64,000 nt of DNA from Mobula hypostoma (Eukaryota). Each line of letters starts with the position of its first letter. Positions within the stretch are counted from its first letter, which is position 1. The stretch lies in NCBI RefSeq assembly GCF_963921235.1, contig NC_086116.1, positions 60,266,001-60,330,000 of the forward strand, in the 5' to 3' direction. The notes under the pieces were generated by a model, which did no database searches, was not told the origin of the DNA, and was given only the letters and a program-made list of their open reading frames with translations. The translations under genes and the position numbers were made by a program. Shown here in pieces: positions 26,531 to 39,369 of the stretch.

Positions 26531-26719
26531 TCACTGCTATCTTTACTAACTATTCAGGTGTCAGAGCATTTAGGAGAGAAGGAATCAACATCAAGGTCTT
26601 TATCTTCACATAAACTGTTTCTCAATCAGCAAAGACTGTGCCAGCACATTAAATATAGTAGTGGATTTTATCACTGCAGGATTTGCTCCCTCTGCAACTG
26701 TCTTCACCATTCATCCCTA

Positions 26720-26903
26720 CCTCCAGTTTCATCCGACGTTCCAAAGACACACAAATGTAGGGTTAGTCATTTGTGGGCATACAATATTGGTACCAGAAGC
26801 ATGGCGACTTTTGTTCCTCACACATCCTTGGACTCTGCAGGAGATTGACGTAAGTGGCTCATTCCGCTGTATGTTTCAAAGTACATGTGGTAAATTAAAG
26901 CTA
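26720..26903 (+). mobile_element. Second V-SINE family copy (V-domain end plus alternative tail)
   Basis: ctccagtttcatccgacgttccaaagac...gggcatacaatattggtaccagaagcatggcgac...cattccgctgtatgtttcaaagtacatgtgg..aaagcta. Confidence 0.6.
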
Positions 26904-27483
26904 TTCTCCCTGTTACCAGTCTCACCTTGCCTGGGCATTGTCCCTTGTCACTCAGACACTGAGGTTACACTCTTTGTATGTGTCTGGAATAAAGATTAGA
27001 GTATTTTCATTGTGGTTACACGAGCCGTCCTTGGCCTCAGATGTAGATTCTGGAATTGAAGCATTTATACTGATGACTATAGTGTGTTGATCCCATGTTG
27101 ATCCTCACAAGCGGGTAGGGGTTACCAAGACACCAGATAGGCATATTCATGATGGCCAAATCCAAATCATTAAGGCTTCCCTGGAGCTGGCTATCTCCAG
27201 TTCATTCTTTCTCCCTTAGGCCAATGTCTTTGTCAAAGCATCTGAACTCTTGACCTATAAAAGCTGATTAGAGTTCAGGCTTGTTGCTGCCGGGGTTGCT
27301 CATGAGCATGTCTTTGAGAATTTAATGATTATCTTGCTTCCATGGATGTGATTAGCTCATTGCCATTTGCTTCTCCCCACCACCCTTAAAACTGGCAGTG
27401 GATGCATATTGATCATATTTGAATTTAGTTTTAAAATTCTTGATATTTTAAAGTTCAAAGAAAAATTGTTATCAAAGTACATA

Positions 27484-28855
27484 CAGTGCCTTGCACGTAT
27501 TCAGCCCCCACAATTACTTTCACATTTTATTGTCTCATTTTCTAAATTATAATATATTGAAGTACAATTTTTGGAGCTAATCTCCAAAACATTGTGCATC
27601 ATGTCATATCAAAAGAAAAATCCCAAAACCTGTCAACAATGTACTAAAAATTTTAAACCAAAATTTTGAGATTGAGAAAAGTATTTATCCCCTTTGTAAT
27701 TACTATGCTAACCATGCAGTACTGTACCAACTACCTTACCAACTCACCCAATTTGTTGATATAGAAAACTAGAGGATCAGCTGATCTCTCTGTAAGGTCC
27801 TACAGTATGGTAAATGAAGGCAAAGGCATTCAAGGCAAATCAGAGAAATGATAATAGAGAAGCACAAATCTGGGGAAGGTTACAAGACCACGTCAAAGGC
27901 ACTGAACATACCTTGAAGCTCATTGCAGTCTATTATGAAAAAGTGGGAACAACTTAAAACCACAGCCACACTGCCTTGTTCAGGCTGCCCCTCTGAACTT
28001 AGTCACTAGAGAAGAATGGTACTTGTAAGAGAGGTTACTGTGATGCCATCTGTCACTCTGAGTGAGCTGCAACTGGAGATGAAGTTCATAGCTCCACAAT
28101 CGGAGGCCTTGCACAAAAAGGGTATTTATGGAAGATTGGCAAGGAAGAAACCCTAGCTTAAAACAAAGCATATCCTTGCCTTTAAAGACTTTGGAAGTGT
28201 CACTTAGAAGATATTGTAAAGATGTGGAAGAAGGTCTTGTGGTTGATAAGAACTTCTTGGTCTCAATGTTAAGAGGTATGTGTGGCATAAATCTAATTCT
28301 GCACATTAGCCAGGTAACACCATCCCTACTGTAAAGTATGGTGGAGGTTGCTCCGTGCTATGGGGATGCTTTTCAGCATCAGGGGCTGGAAATCTGGTCA
28401 GGATTGATGGGAGGATGAATACTGCTAAATCCAGAGAGATCCTGGATAAAAACGTGCTGGTCTCTGCAGAAAGCTTAAACTGGGAGGAAGTTTGCTTTCA
28501 GCAGGACAACAATCCAAAACACACTACCAGGGCAACCATTCAGTGGCTTCAAATGAAGAAAATTGATGAGTGGCCCAGTCAAAGTCCTTTACAGTTTGAA
28601 CATCTCTGGCAAGACCTCAAGATTTCTGTCCACCACTGCCGCTCACAAACTAATCTGACACAACTTCAGCAATTTTACAAGGAGGAATGGTCAATTGTTG
28701 CTCCATCTCAATGTCCAAAGCTGATAGAGACTTGTCCAAGAAAGACTACTGGCTGTAATAGCTGCAAGAGGTGGTTCAACGAAGTACTGAGCAAAAGGGC
28801 TATTCATTTATGTGGATAAAGGGTTGGGAAGGGAGACTAATTTTACAGTACACTG
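27484..28855 (+). mobile_element. Tc1/mariner DNA transposon with decayed transposase
   Basis: TA|CAGTG...CACTG|TA ends; Tc1 motifs VKYGGG.VLWGCF, FQQDNNPKH, WPSQSP.L..EHLW in ORF 28355-28819; inner TIRs degenerate. Confidence 0.85.
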
Positions 28856-31800
28856 TAATACTGTTCATTTTCTTGCAGGCGTTCACTGTAAAAACAAAGA
28901 AGTTATACAGAATCAATGAAAAACTGCACACAACCAAAGTCAAATAGCCGATGTGCAAAAGACAACAAATTATGCAAATACAAAAAAGAATAAGCAAATA
29001 ATCATAATAGATAAATAAGTAATAACTGTTGAAGACTTGAGTTCCAGAGTACTTTAAAGTGGGTCCATCTAATTAACTTCATCAGAGAATTAAGACTTCA
29101 TTTGCTCTTCATCTTCAACCTCATCCCCACCACCGAACCATGTGATTAAAGAGTCTACTGTTGAATATTATGAATTTGAACCATATCAAAAATATCAATG
29201 CAGTAGATTTAGATTTCTAGATTTCTGAACCACAAGTCAAGTAGTATTACTGTCTTCTCCTTGTTTCTGTAGCATGTAAAAGTATATCAAGTGTATGTAA
29301 AGTAAATCACTCCACACCCTGGAGCAGTAAGAATATGAAAACAACATCAACTTTTCTGACAGATCTCAGAATAGAAAGTTAATGCGCAAAAGCAATGCGT
29401 GCATTCACTACAATTTCACATGACACAAATATTAAAAATCTCAGCATGCGACCCTGCAATTGCCTTTTTAAACCACATTATACATTATGTGCATAATCTA
29501 TGAAATGTTTTAAAAACCATTAGAATGGTATCATTTAAGAAGTACACAACCATTTTCTTATAGTCTGTGAGAAGCAGTCAGATTTTTGAATAGTTGACGT
29601 GCACTTACCAGACCTAAACAGTGCCTCTGAGAAAAGTCCAAATAGGTTTCCACATAAAAATCAGTCATAAATAAATGGTCAAAGAACATATTACTACAGT
29701 ATTAAAAGATATTTAATCATAATGTCCTGGTAACATCCCTGTGAAACGCCTTAGGGTATTCTTTCACATTGAAGACCCTAAGTTAATGTGTGTTTTTGCG
29801 GTCCGACCTCCTTCACCAAATTTAATCACCCCACCACTGGTTTCATGCCTTTGGCAGCCAGCTGTTCTGTAGAGTTCTGTCATTGGTTTCCAAAAACTCT
29901 CACCTATCTTTCCATCTGTTAAGGCTGCACAAAAGTACATCTTGTTCAAACTTTTGGTTATCTGTCCTTTTGGTATCCAATTTTATTTATTCTTCTATTA
30001 TCCACCTTGGAAAATTTTACTATATTAAAATGCTACGTAAGCATAATTTAGATCAAACTGGTTTTAATTTAATTTAATTTAACCTTGACAGTATACAATT
30101 AATTTTTTTTGTGTTTTAACTTTAAGTGGCACCAGGTAAAATAAAAATAATCCCACTTTGTGTTCTTGCACTTGGCTTCATTTAAATTATGATAATGGTT
30201 TCTTTTGTTCTGCTGAGTAGTTATTTTGATCCTCAGGGGTTAAGGATCAATGCACATGTGATACTGAGCCTTCCAAACCTGTTGGTTTCCCAGTTTGTAT
30301 TATCAAAAGACATTCAGTCAAATGTCACTTGAAAGGCTATTGCACAAGCAAGGGGCTTCTGTTAATGTAATGTTACCTTGGATAACAGATGGGCAGCAGA
30401 CCAAAAATCAAGTTGGGATAAATGTACCTTTTTCCATTTAGCACGTTGCAGTTAGCAATGTGCTTCCAGAAAACAGAGTCGGTGAAATGGAGGTGCTTCA
30501 ACTACCTGCAGTCTGTATTAATGACTTTGTAAGGATTTAATATATTCAAGTTTGCTAAAGCAACAAAGGTTATTGGGAAAGTAACTTATGAGGATGGTGC
30601 AAAGCTTGTAAAGGAGCATGTTAAATAATTGGGCAGACTCACAGACACTCTCATCCTGTACTGATCACTTTTCACCTATTATTGCTGCTGTTTCACATAT
30701 TTATACGACTACTTGTTTTTTATAACTGTGCCAGTGACATTATACTGTCGTACATAAACATGCACCTCACACTTTATGTCAACTTGTCAATCTTCAGGCC
30801 ATGTCACTCAGGGACTGTTAATAGTATTTTGTGCCTATGTGCTGGATCATAACTATATGTACTATGTTTTGCACCTTGGCACTAGAGGAACAGTGTTTTG
30901 TTTAGCTGTATACATGTGTATGGATGAATGACATTAAACTTGAACTTGAGGAAGTTAGCACATCAAATTCAGTGTAATGTGGTATTATGAACTTTAATTG
31001 AAAGCGTATAAAAGTATATTTTAATGGCATAAAGCTAATAAACATTGATGTTGGTGTTCAGAGAGTTCATGTGACTTGGTGCAAGAAATAAAATCTTCAC
31101 ATGTAATTGAAGAAGCCAGATGGAAGTTGGTGTTAAGTTCAAATGTCAACAGATCTTATAAAAGTGGTACAACCCACTGAAAGCACACTTAGTATATTAT
31201 GTACAGCATTGTTAGCTTTATCTAAGGATGCATATACTTTAGTGCTATTGCAATTAAACTTCATTGTACTAATTCCTGGGAAGGGGGAGTACATTGAGTT
31301 TATATTCCCTGAAATTTGGAAGGGAGAGAAATACTTTGAGTACATTGAGTTTATAGTCCCTGAAATTTAGAAAAATGAGAGAAGATTTTATTAAAGCATA
31401 TAAGATTCTCAGGGAAACTGAGAACCTGAAAGCTTACATCCTGTACACCTGTAATAAAACTCAGTGCAGATCAGGGAGCATCCGTGCAGAAGGGAGAATA
31501 GATTTTATCACTTTGTAGGTTGCCTACAATTCCAGTACACAGTCTTTAGATAAAAAGCAAGTTTCTGAAGATTGAAATGAGAAAGAATTTCTGCTGTGAA
31601 GAACAAGAGTCTTTGAAGAGTTGTGGCATCCAGGGTGCTCAAGGATGATGTAGAACCAAGGGATCAGGTAGGAGAAATGAAACTAAAGGCCCATGATTAG
31701 CCATGAGCTTGTTGACTTAGGGAGCAGGCTTGAAGAGGTGTGTGTACAGCTTTTGACCCATTTGTTTGTATTTTCTAATCTCTGTTAATTGAAGAAAATT

Positions 31801-33069
31801 GAGCCAAAGAGAAGGAATGGAAAGCTCAAACGCACCTACTTTACATTGGTATCTCTTTGTGAGTGAAGGAATTGCATGCATGAGGGCATTGTATGGAGCA
31901 AAATTGGAGTCAAATGTGAAACCAGATGGGTCATTATTAGGCCTTAAATGAGAAAAATAGATACTTAAGCAAAAAATCTAATTTGGACATATGGCAAAAA
32001 TCTTCTCCATTTATCAAGTAAGAAGAAAACTATTACTTAACAATTACTACTATTGTCTATTACTTAAAAGTTGACTCATTTGGTGACCTTGTGACCATCA
32101 GTTGTATAGGACCAATGATTTTTATTTTAGAAAAGTTAGTGTGCAATGCGCAGAGCATGTGCTGAACGTTGGATACAGACCTCATCTGATCATTTCTGCA
32201 AATTTAATGTACCAGTACTATGGTTTCATGAGTTTGCAGAAGGAATTAAATGGAAAAATCTCTTAAGATGCTGGACTTGATTTCAGTAGAAGTTGGGGTC
32301 ATTGTTTTCACCCCAGAGGATTGAAAGGAAATTTGATTAATTAAATAATGAGACAATATTTTCAGTGGCGGAAGAACTGTGAAACAGAAGAACAGTTTAA
32401 GCTAATTAAAGCAGCTGATTGGTCTACCAAAAAGTAATTGATGGGATTTCATTTGCAATCTCCTTTTCCAAGAGACTTTCTTGTAATTCTTTTTCTCCTT
32501 GCTTCTATGTCTTTCTCTTTATTTCCCTACAGGATCTATTTGCACCTACACCAGATGTTCCCTGTCCATATGATGCTCACTAAATCACATCCAGTTCATA
32601 TATTCACATTGATGGCATTGGGTTGTGCCTTGCAGATAACGACTCCACTGTCACTGAATTATCAGTAGTATCAAAGATCTACGATGCTATGTAAAAGTCT
32701 TAGGCACATAGTCATACTTTATTGATCCTGGGGGAAATTGGTTAAAGCATGTATATAGCTAGAGTGTTGAAGACTTTTGCACCGTGCAGTGTTTGTCAAT
32801 GTGGAGTGGAGAGCTGATTTGTAAATCTGGTGGGACCATTGGATGTTGGGCATGCTGAGGGTGGAGCTCCACAGGAGGGGTGTGGGACAGATGGCAAAGG
32901 AATCCCCGGGGCGGTGGACGGCGTGGGTGCAGAATTACCCAGACTGGGCAAGGTAATTAGATTCCAAGATTCCAAACAATTGGTGGATTGATCTTTACAG
33001 AATATCTCTCTGGTGCTTCCCATTCCTGCCCCACTTCCACTTTTTCCACTTTCTGCAATTGAGACCCAT

Positions 33070-33505
33070 TTCTTGGCCTGTACTCATAGGAATTCAGAAG
33101 AATGAGATGGTGGGGGGGTGGGGGGATGGTGCAGAATCAAATTGAAACCTATTGAATGTTGGTAGTCCTCAATAGAGTGGATGTAGTCAGGACGTTTCCT
33201 ATAGTGGGGGAGCCTAGAACTAGCCTCAGAATAGAGGAACATCAATTTAGAATGGAGATAAGGGGGAATTTCTTTAGCCAGAGAGTGGTGAATCTGTGGA
33301 ATTTGTTGCCACAGACGGCTGTGGAGGCCAGGTCATTGGGTTTAAGGCAGAGGTTGACAGGTTATTGATTAGTTCGGGTGTGAAGGGTTACGGGCAGAAA
33401 GTAGAAGATTGGGACTAAGAGGGAAATGGATCAGCTATGATGAAATGGTGGAACAGACACTACGAACCAAATGGCCTAATTCTACACCTATATCTTATGG
33501 TCTTA
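33070..33505 (+). mobile_element. CR1 LINE 3' end fragment
   Basis: ggaattcagaagaatgag...aatttctttagccagagagtggtgaatctgtggaatt...atggcctaattctacacctatatcttatggtcttat. Confidence 0.75.
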
Positions 33506-33579
33506 TATCAGAATCAGGTTTATCATCACTCATATATGTCATGAAATTTTTTGTTTTGCTGCAGCAATACAGTGCAATG

Positions 33580-34922
33580 CAGGTTTCCCCTGCCATCTGA
33601 AGGTAGAGCGATCCTATGAAACGGTTCGTAAGCCGGAATGTTGTAAAGCAAAGAAGCAATTACTACTTATTTATATGGGAAAAATTTGTGAGTGTTCGCA
33701 GACCTAAAAATTAACCTACCAAATCATGCCAAATAACACATAAAACCTAAAATAACAGTAACATATAGTAAAAGCAGGAATGATATGATAAATACACAGC
33801 CTATATAAAGTAGAAATTCTTTTCTGCAATCATTGCTGCACTGTCCACCATACTAAAAATCTCACGCAAGCGCTCTCAGCAGAGACACTGGGATCAAGCG
33901 CTCTCGGCAGAAACACTCTCTCCAGTAACCTTTAAGCTATGAAGCTGCCAAATCATACCAAATAACACATAAAAATACACAGCCTATATAAAGTAGTAAT
34001 AATGTATGTACAGTGTAGTATCACTTACTGGAATCGGGAAGACAGCGAGCACACTGATGATGGTGTGTTAGGCTCAGTCATCAGAGGTTGGGGTGGTGGG
34101 ACACTGGGGTGTCATCTCATCGTCGTCTGTTTCCATCAAAGCAGGCAGGTCATCTTCTTCTATCTCTGCCTGTCTTGATGTCAAAGGTCGAGGTTCGTCA
34201 TCTGCTGCGGCTGATGTGGAAGGCTTGAAAAACGACAGTATGCTTGACTGCTTAGCCTCGCACATTTTTCTATCATACAGTTCTTTGTAAGCACTCAAAC
34301 CATCCTGTAAATATGCCCTAAACCTACGTACCCTTTCAAAATTAAAGTCATATTTTTCTGCAATCATTGTTGTCAGTTGCAGTGAAAATCTCACGCAGTT
34401 GCTTCACGTTCAGTTCCTGGACGACTTCACTTTCAGTCTATTCGCTACTGCATTCGGTTCGATTGTTATCCTTTCCTTTTCCAATTGCATCAGCTCTTCA
34501 TCTATCAGTTCTTGGTCATGGGATGCCAAAACCTCTTCAACATCATCTTCGTCAACTTCCACAAGCCAAACTCACTTTGTCCTTACTTTGTTCACCACGA
34601 TAGAAACGCTTAATTATGTCTAGTTTTACGCTAAGTGTAACACCCTTACGAGCTCTTTTAGGCTTTTCCGATACCTTAGAACTCATCTTGCTAACGGATC
34701 CTCAGAATAAATCGACATAAAGCACAGATGCTCACAGGCACATGTTTAAGCAATGCCGGCTAGAATGCAATTCCAGGGGAGGAGCTTGGCTGCTCGGGGC
34801 GCACGCTGCCTTTTTTCGTAACAGTGAAAACACCTTCTGTTAGCGAAAACAGGTAACTAATGTAGGTTTTTCGTAACAGCGAGGTGTCGTAAAGCCAACA
34901 TTCGAAAAGTAGGGGACACCGG
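33580..34922 (-). mobile_element. Tigger/pogo non-autonomous DNA transposon (internal deletion)
   Basis: TIRs caggtttcccct / aggggacaccgg followed by TA; minus strand MSSKVSEKPKRARKGVTLSVKLDIIKRF (CENP-B/HTH-psq-like N-terminus, ATG at 34686) joined directly to an acidic C-terminal part (EVDEDDVEEVLASHDQEL...KQSSILSFFK); no DDE core. Confidence 0.8.
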
Positions 34923-35207
34923 TACATAAAATCACTACAGTACTGTGTAAAAGTCTTAGGCACCCTATCTATGTGTATGTGTCTCAGACTCTTGCATAGT
35001 TCTGTGGCTCTAGATGAGCCGAAGTGTTCAATCTAAGTGTACTGCTGTCTCCCAAAATCATCCCACTGTAGGGTACCTTCTCCCCCCTTAACCAGTTCCT
35101 TGCAATTGTTTGAGGATGAACCATACTGCTTAAAATGTTGTTGTCTTGTTGACCCTTGAGGCAGCTTTGTGTCACATATCTGCATCATCTTGAAGACCAT
35201 ATGTTGT

Positions 35208-35407
35208 TAAGCAATACACACAACATGCTGGAGGAACTCAGCAGGCCAGGCAGCAGCTATGGAAAAGAGTATAGTCAACATTTTGAGCCGAGACCCTTCA
35301 TGAAGGGTCTTTTCCATAGATGCTGCCTGGCCTGATGAATTCCTCAGGCATTTTGTGTGTGTGCTTGGATTTCCAGTATCTGCAGGTTTTCTCTTGTTTG
35401 TGATTGA
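35208..35407 (+). mobile_element. PLE-derived inverted-repeat element with palindromic hammerhead-derived centre
   Basis: Arms around the perfect palindrome agacccttcatgaagggtct (35291-35310); 12-bp TSD accatatgttgt at 35196-35207 and 35408-35419. Confidence 0.85.
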
Positions 35408-35619
35408 ACCATATGTTGTCCTCTCTGGTGCTCCCTCAGCTGTTTAAGTTTATATCCTTGCCTTTGTTATTTCTGGAGGTGACTCTTTAAGCACACCCCT
35501 TTTTCCTTTAAGCCATCCCTTACCCCATCCTTTCCCCCGTAAACCCATCCCTTTAGATCAAACAAAACTCTGCTGGCTGTCCGTTTCTCCTTTACTGAAT
35601 TATCTGCACCAATCTTTCC

Positions 35620-36590
35620 ACCACAGGACGTCTTCAAAAGGCAGTGCCTCAAAAAAAGCGGCATCCATTATTAAGGACACCCACCACCCAAGACAAGCTG
35701 CTTTCTCATTGCTACCATCAGTGAGGAGATACAGGAACTTTAAGACCCACGCTCACTGTTTTAGGAACAGCTTCTTCCCCTCTGTGCTTAGATTTCTGAG
35801 TGGTCCATGAACACTACTTCTCTAATTTTCCTCTCTTTTTACATGACCTATTTAATATTTTAATATATATTTCTTACTGTAATTTCATCATCATCATCAA
35901 CAAGTGCCATGCCCAGTTTGAGCTTTGACTGCCCTGGCCCACACACTCCTGTTTCAGGTCAAGTGGATCAATTCATTGGTATTCATTTCCAGTTCTCTGG
36001 CTGCTGTCTCCATCATCATTTGTCTTTGTCTTCCTCTTGCTTTCTTCCCTTCAATCTTTCCCATAATTACCATGCATTCTAACTCCTCTTTCCTAATCAC
36101 ATATCTAATGAAGTTACTTCGCCTTTTCATGATCTGATACATTATTTCTCTTTTTGTGTTTGCTCTGTTCATGACATCCTCGTTCGAACTAAAGAAATCG
36201 CCATTTCTCTTCCCAAATGTTCATCCGCCTGTACTATAGCTGTTGACATTTGAAGTCCTAGCTCATCCGCCTTCTCCATCATAAGTTCAGTTACTGAACC
36301 TGCCGGATCTGCCATTGGCCTTCGCTCGTATCCTGAGCAGGAACCCTTGCAGGTGCTATCGTTCCGGGTCAGAGCCGCCCTGGGAGCAATGAATGACTAA
36401 GGGGTAGCTCCACTTTGCCCAAAGCTCTGAAAGTCCCCAATCAGATCCTCATCACCAGTTGCAGTTCAGAGTCATACCCAGGACTGTACTGTAGTTTACA
36501 GTAATTTTTATGTATTGCACCATGTAGCTGCCACAAATCAGCATATTTTCTGATACATGTCACTGAAGATAAACCTGATTCTGATTCTGC
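35620..36590 (+). mobile_element. Rex1/Babar-type 3' fragment split by an RTE insertion
   Basis: gcagtgcctcaaaaaaagcggcatccattattaaggac...ctaccatcagtgaggagatacagg; tail aaacctgattctgattct at ~36570-36589. Confidence 0.7.
35886..36486 (-). mobile_element. Internally deleted RTE-clade element (5' UTR/N-terminus fused to C-terminus), 601 bp
   Basis: (GAT)n tail; RTE C-terminal motif GKIEGKKARGRQR in ORF 35954-36172; 11-bp TSD tactgtaattt / tactgtagttt (35875-35885 and 36487-36497). Confidence 0.75.
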
Positions 36591-38919
36591 ATTGGTCTGT
36601 TGCATTGATATTCAAATTCACATCCTTGTTTCAAATCTCTTCTTAGCCTTGCCCATCCTCTCTCATCACTTGCACCCCTACAACCTTCTCACATACTGCT
36701 GTCCTCCACTTCCTGACCATTCTAGTAGGTTAATTGGTCATTGTAAATTGTTCTGTGATTAGGCTAGGGTTAAATAGGTGAGTTGCTGGGTAGTGTGTCT
36801 TCATTGGGCCAGAACGACCTGTTCTGTGTTGCATCTCCAAATAGTCATCCCTGAATTTATTGCTCAAAAGCAACATCCCTCAACAAAACTCCCATTCCTT
36901 TAAACTGCTTTCCTTCTTTTAGAAGCATTCTTGCTCCCTAATAGTTCCTCATATGACTTGGTGTCAAATTATGTTTGAGAGCACGACCATGAATCACCAT
37001 GAGACTTTGCTACATTTAAATGTATAAATTCATTGTTTTTGTTGCAGTATGCCCATGTTCTCCAGCCTAAGCATTTTTTAATAAGCTTTTCAGTGATTTA
37101 TAGGAAAGCTGATTGTCAGGATTAAAGGCATCATGAGGTGTTGTATAGAAGTAGAAAAAATAACTAATATGAACCATTGGAAAAAAAATTCCAATACAAG
37201 CCAACAAACAAACATGGTTTCTGTATTATCTTTAAGGAAGCCTTTTAAAATCCATTGAATGATTCTTAATGAATAATTTATCTTTGCAGTGCATAATAAC
37301 CTTTTTAAAGATTGGTCCTAGGGAGCTGAGAATATTTAGAATGTAAAAAAATTTGAACTTATTTCACAGAGGAATTCTACAAAGAGTCTTGCTAAAAGAA
37401 AATCCGCTTGCACAAATCATAATCAAACATTGAAATGTGAGACTGCTCAATGGTTATTCCCGATTTATCTATTGTCTTTTCACTAATCTGTTCCTCCTCC
37501 CTCCTCCCCACCCATAAAGCTTTTGTTACTGTCCTGTTCTTGGGGGAATGTCACTGAATGTTCAGAAAGTTGAACCCACTTTTGCCATTCAGCTGAGCCT
37601 ATGCGTGAATGTTTCCAGGAGCAGGAATTTCAGCCAATTTCCCCACATATCCCAGATCAATGAAAATAGATAGGTAAAATCTATTTTGTTTCTCGCATCT
37701 CAACTGCTTGCTGCAATCATCCACTTTAGTGCAGGTAATAATGAAAGCTTAATCTCCTTATTGTATAGAAAGCTGCCTTGTACCAATGTTTTGTTTTCCC
37801 AGTATATTGCACCAATACAAAATTAACCATGTTGATTTATTTGCTATTTAATATTAATTTGCTCTTTCAAGTAGAAGTATGGTGTTTGTCACTCTCCAAA
37901 AAAACCTGTCAGAAATATTATAGCTTAATGATGCAATCTGGCTTCTGGAAAATGAGAGATAAATTTGTTTATTAATCATGTACAGAGTAGGGAAAAATCA
38001 TTGTGGACTCCATTACAATCCCCTTTAAGGTTAACCAGCTGGTCTTCTCGAAGTCTCCTCCATAAGCCACCTGTTGTGCACTGAAGAAACATAAAGGTAA
38101 TTTCTATTTATGCAGTGAAAAATGGAATTATATATCTGTTTGTTACTGTGAACATGTTCAAAGGCGTATAATGATTACAAAACCATACTGTTTAGAAATC
38201 AGTAATGCATGATATCATGTATTTGAAACTCCCAACACTGGCTATAATTGAGATCAGATTTCAAACCTCTCAGAATCAAAGTATGTGGCTTTTGAATAAA
38301 TTACTTATAATTTGGCTCACAATTTGTAATAAGAAACCCATAAAGATGGAATTTAATAACGAAAGGATAATGCAGATTGATTTATGAAAAGGCAGTGATG
38401 GCAATGACTTCTCCGGGGTAACAGACTGATTGTAACATCTTGAAGTTTCTGCTTTTGTTCAAGGGGAATTATTTATGGGAACTGAAACCACTTCAATGTG
38501 CAAACCAATTTCAACAGTTTTCCACAGAACATGTTTCTATGCCTACCATAAAATTATTAATTTGCAAATTTCTTGTGTTGGCAAACACACTGAATGCCAA
38601 TATGTTTATAAATCGCATCGATTTTAGGAGTTTTAAGGAACAGGTCATTAAAAGGACTGTTCATTTAAGTTTTAATCAGCATTTATTGGCATGGGAATTT
38701 GAAGCAGTGTTCTTCAAATTTGTGATGATTCCTTAACCAAAAAGGCAAACCTGAGGGACAAATAGTAATGACAGGTCATCTACAGGTCACGACAGGATTT
38801 TGTTCCCGTGAACTGTATGTAACCTGAACAATCCACATGTCAGTCATGTGGCTGGGGACTGAGTTCCCAAATGGCAGAAGATGTCTGCAACTGATGGCAG
38901 ATTTATCCTACTGGTCTCC

Positions 38920-39075
38920 CAAATGTTGGAGGAACTCAGCAGGTCAGGCAACATTGATGGAGCCTGAAACATCGACTCTTTATTCCTCTCCATAGATGCT
39001 GTCCGACCTACTGAGTTCCTCCAGCATTTTTTGCATGTTACTTTGGATCTCCTGCATCTGCAGAATCTCTTCTGT
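38920..39075 (+). mobile_element. PLE-derived inverted-repeat element, degenerate
   Basis: aaatgttggaggaactcagcaggtcaggcaacat...gcctgaaacatcgact...ctgagttcctccagcattttt...ctcctgcatctgcagaatctc. Confidence 0.7.
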
Positions 39076-39369
39076 CCCCGATGCTAGTTTGTAATACAGG
39101 CTATACAGAGCTGGGCATTTGGCAGTTGGGAAGGATCTGTACATAATTAGCCAAAATGGGTTAGCCATAAAATGTTTAGTGGCTGCAACCTCTTAATAAT
39201 GTTACAACTTTGCTATGTTACAGAACTGTAGGATCAGCATAAATAAAGACTGGTAGTTTTAAAACATTTTAAAAAATAGGCAACAAAACAATAATCAAAT
39301 TATCATGTAATCAAGGGGGTAATCTGCAACCTGTTCAATTGCATTTAGTGTTATCATGGTGGAGCACCA

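Larger units (their letters stand above)
32682..35004 (+). mobile_element. Composite repeat (mini-MITE, GC-rich body, LINE tail, mini-MITE) with nested CR1 tail (~33070-33505) and Tigger element
   Basis: MITE TIR cagtactgtg(c/t)aaaagtcttaggcac at 32682 and 34938; body 32790-33068 is the reverse complement of 46140-46432. Confidence 0.6.

Noticed and set aside
37970..38100. Possible minus-strand exon after ctttatgtttcttcag
   Set aside because: No convincing donor site and no recognisable peptide in any frame
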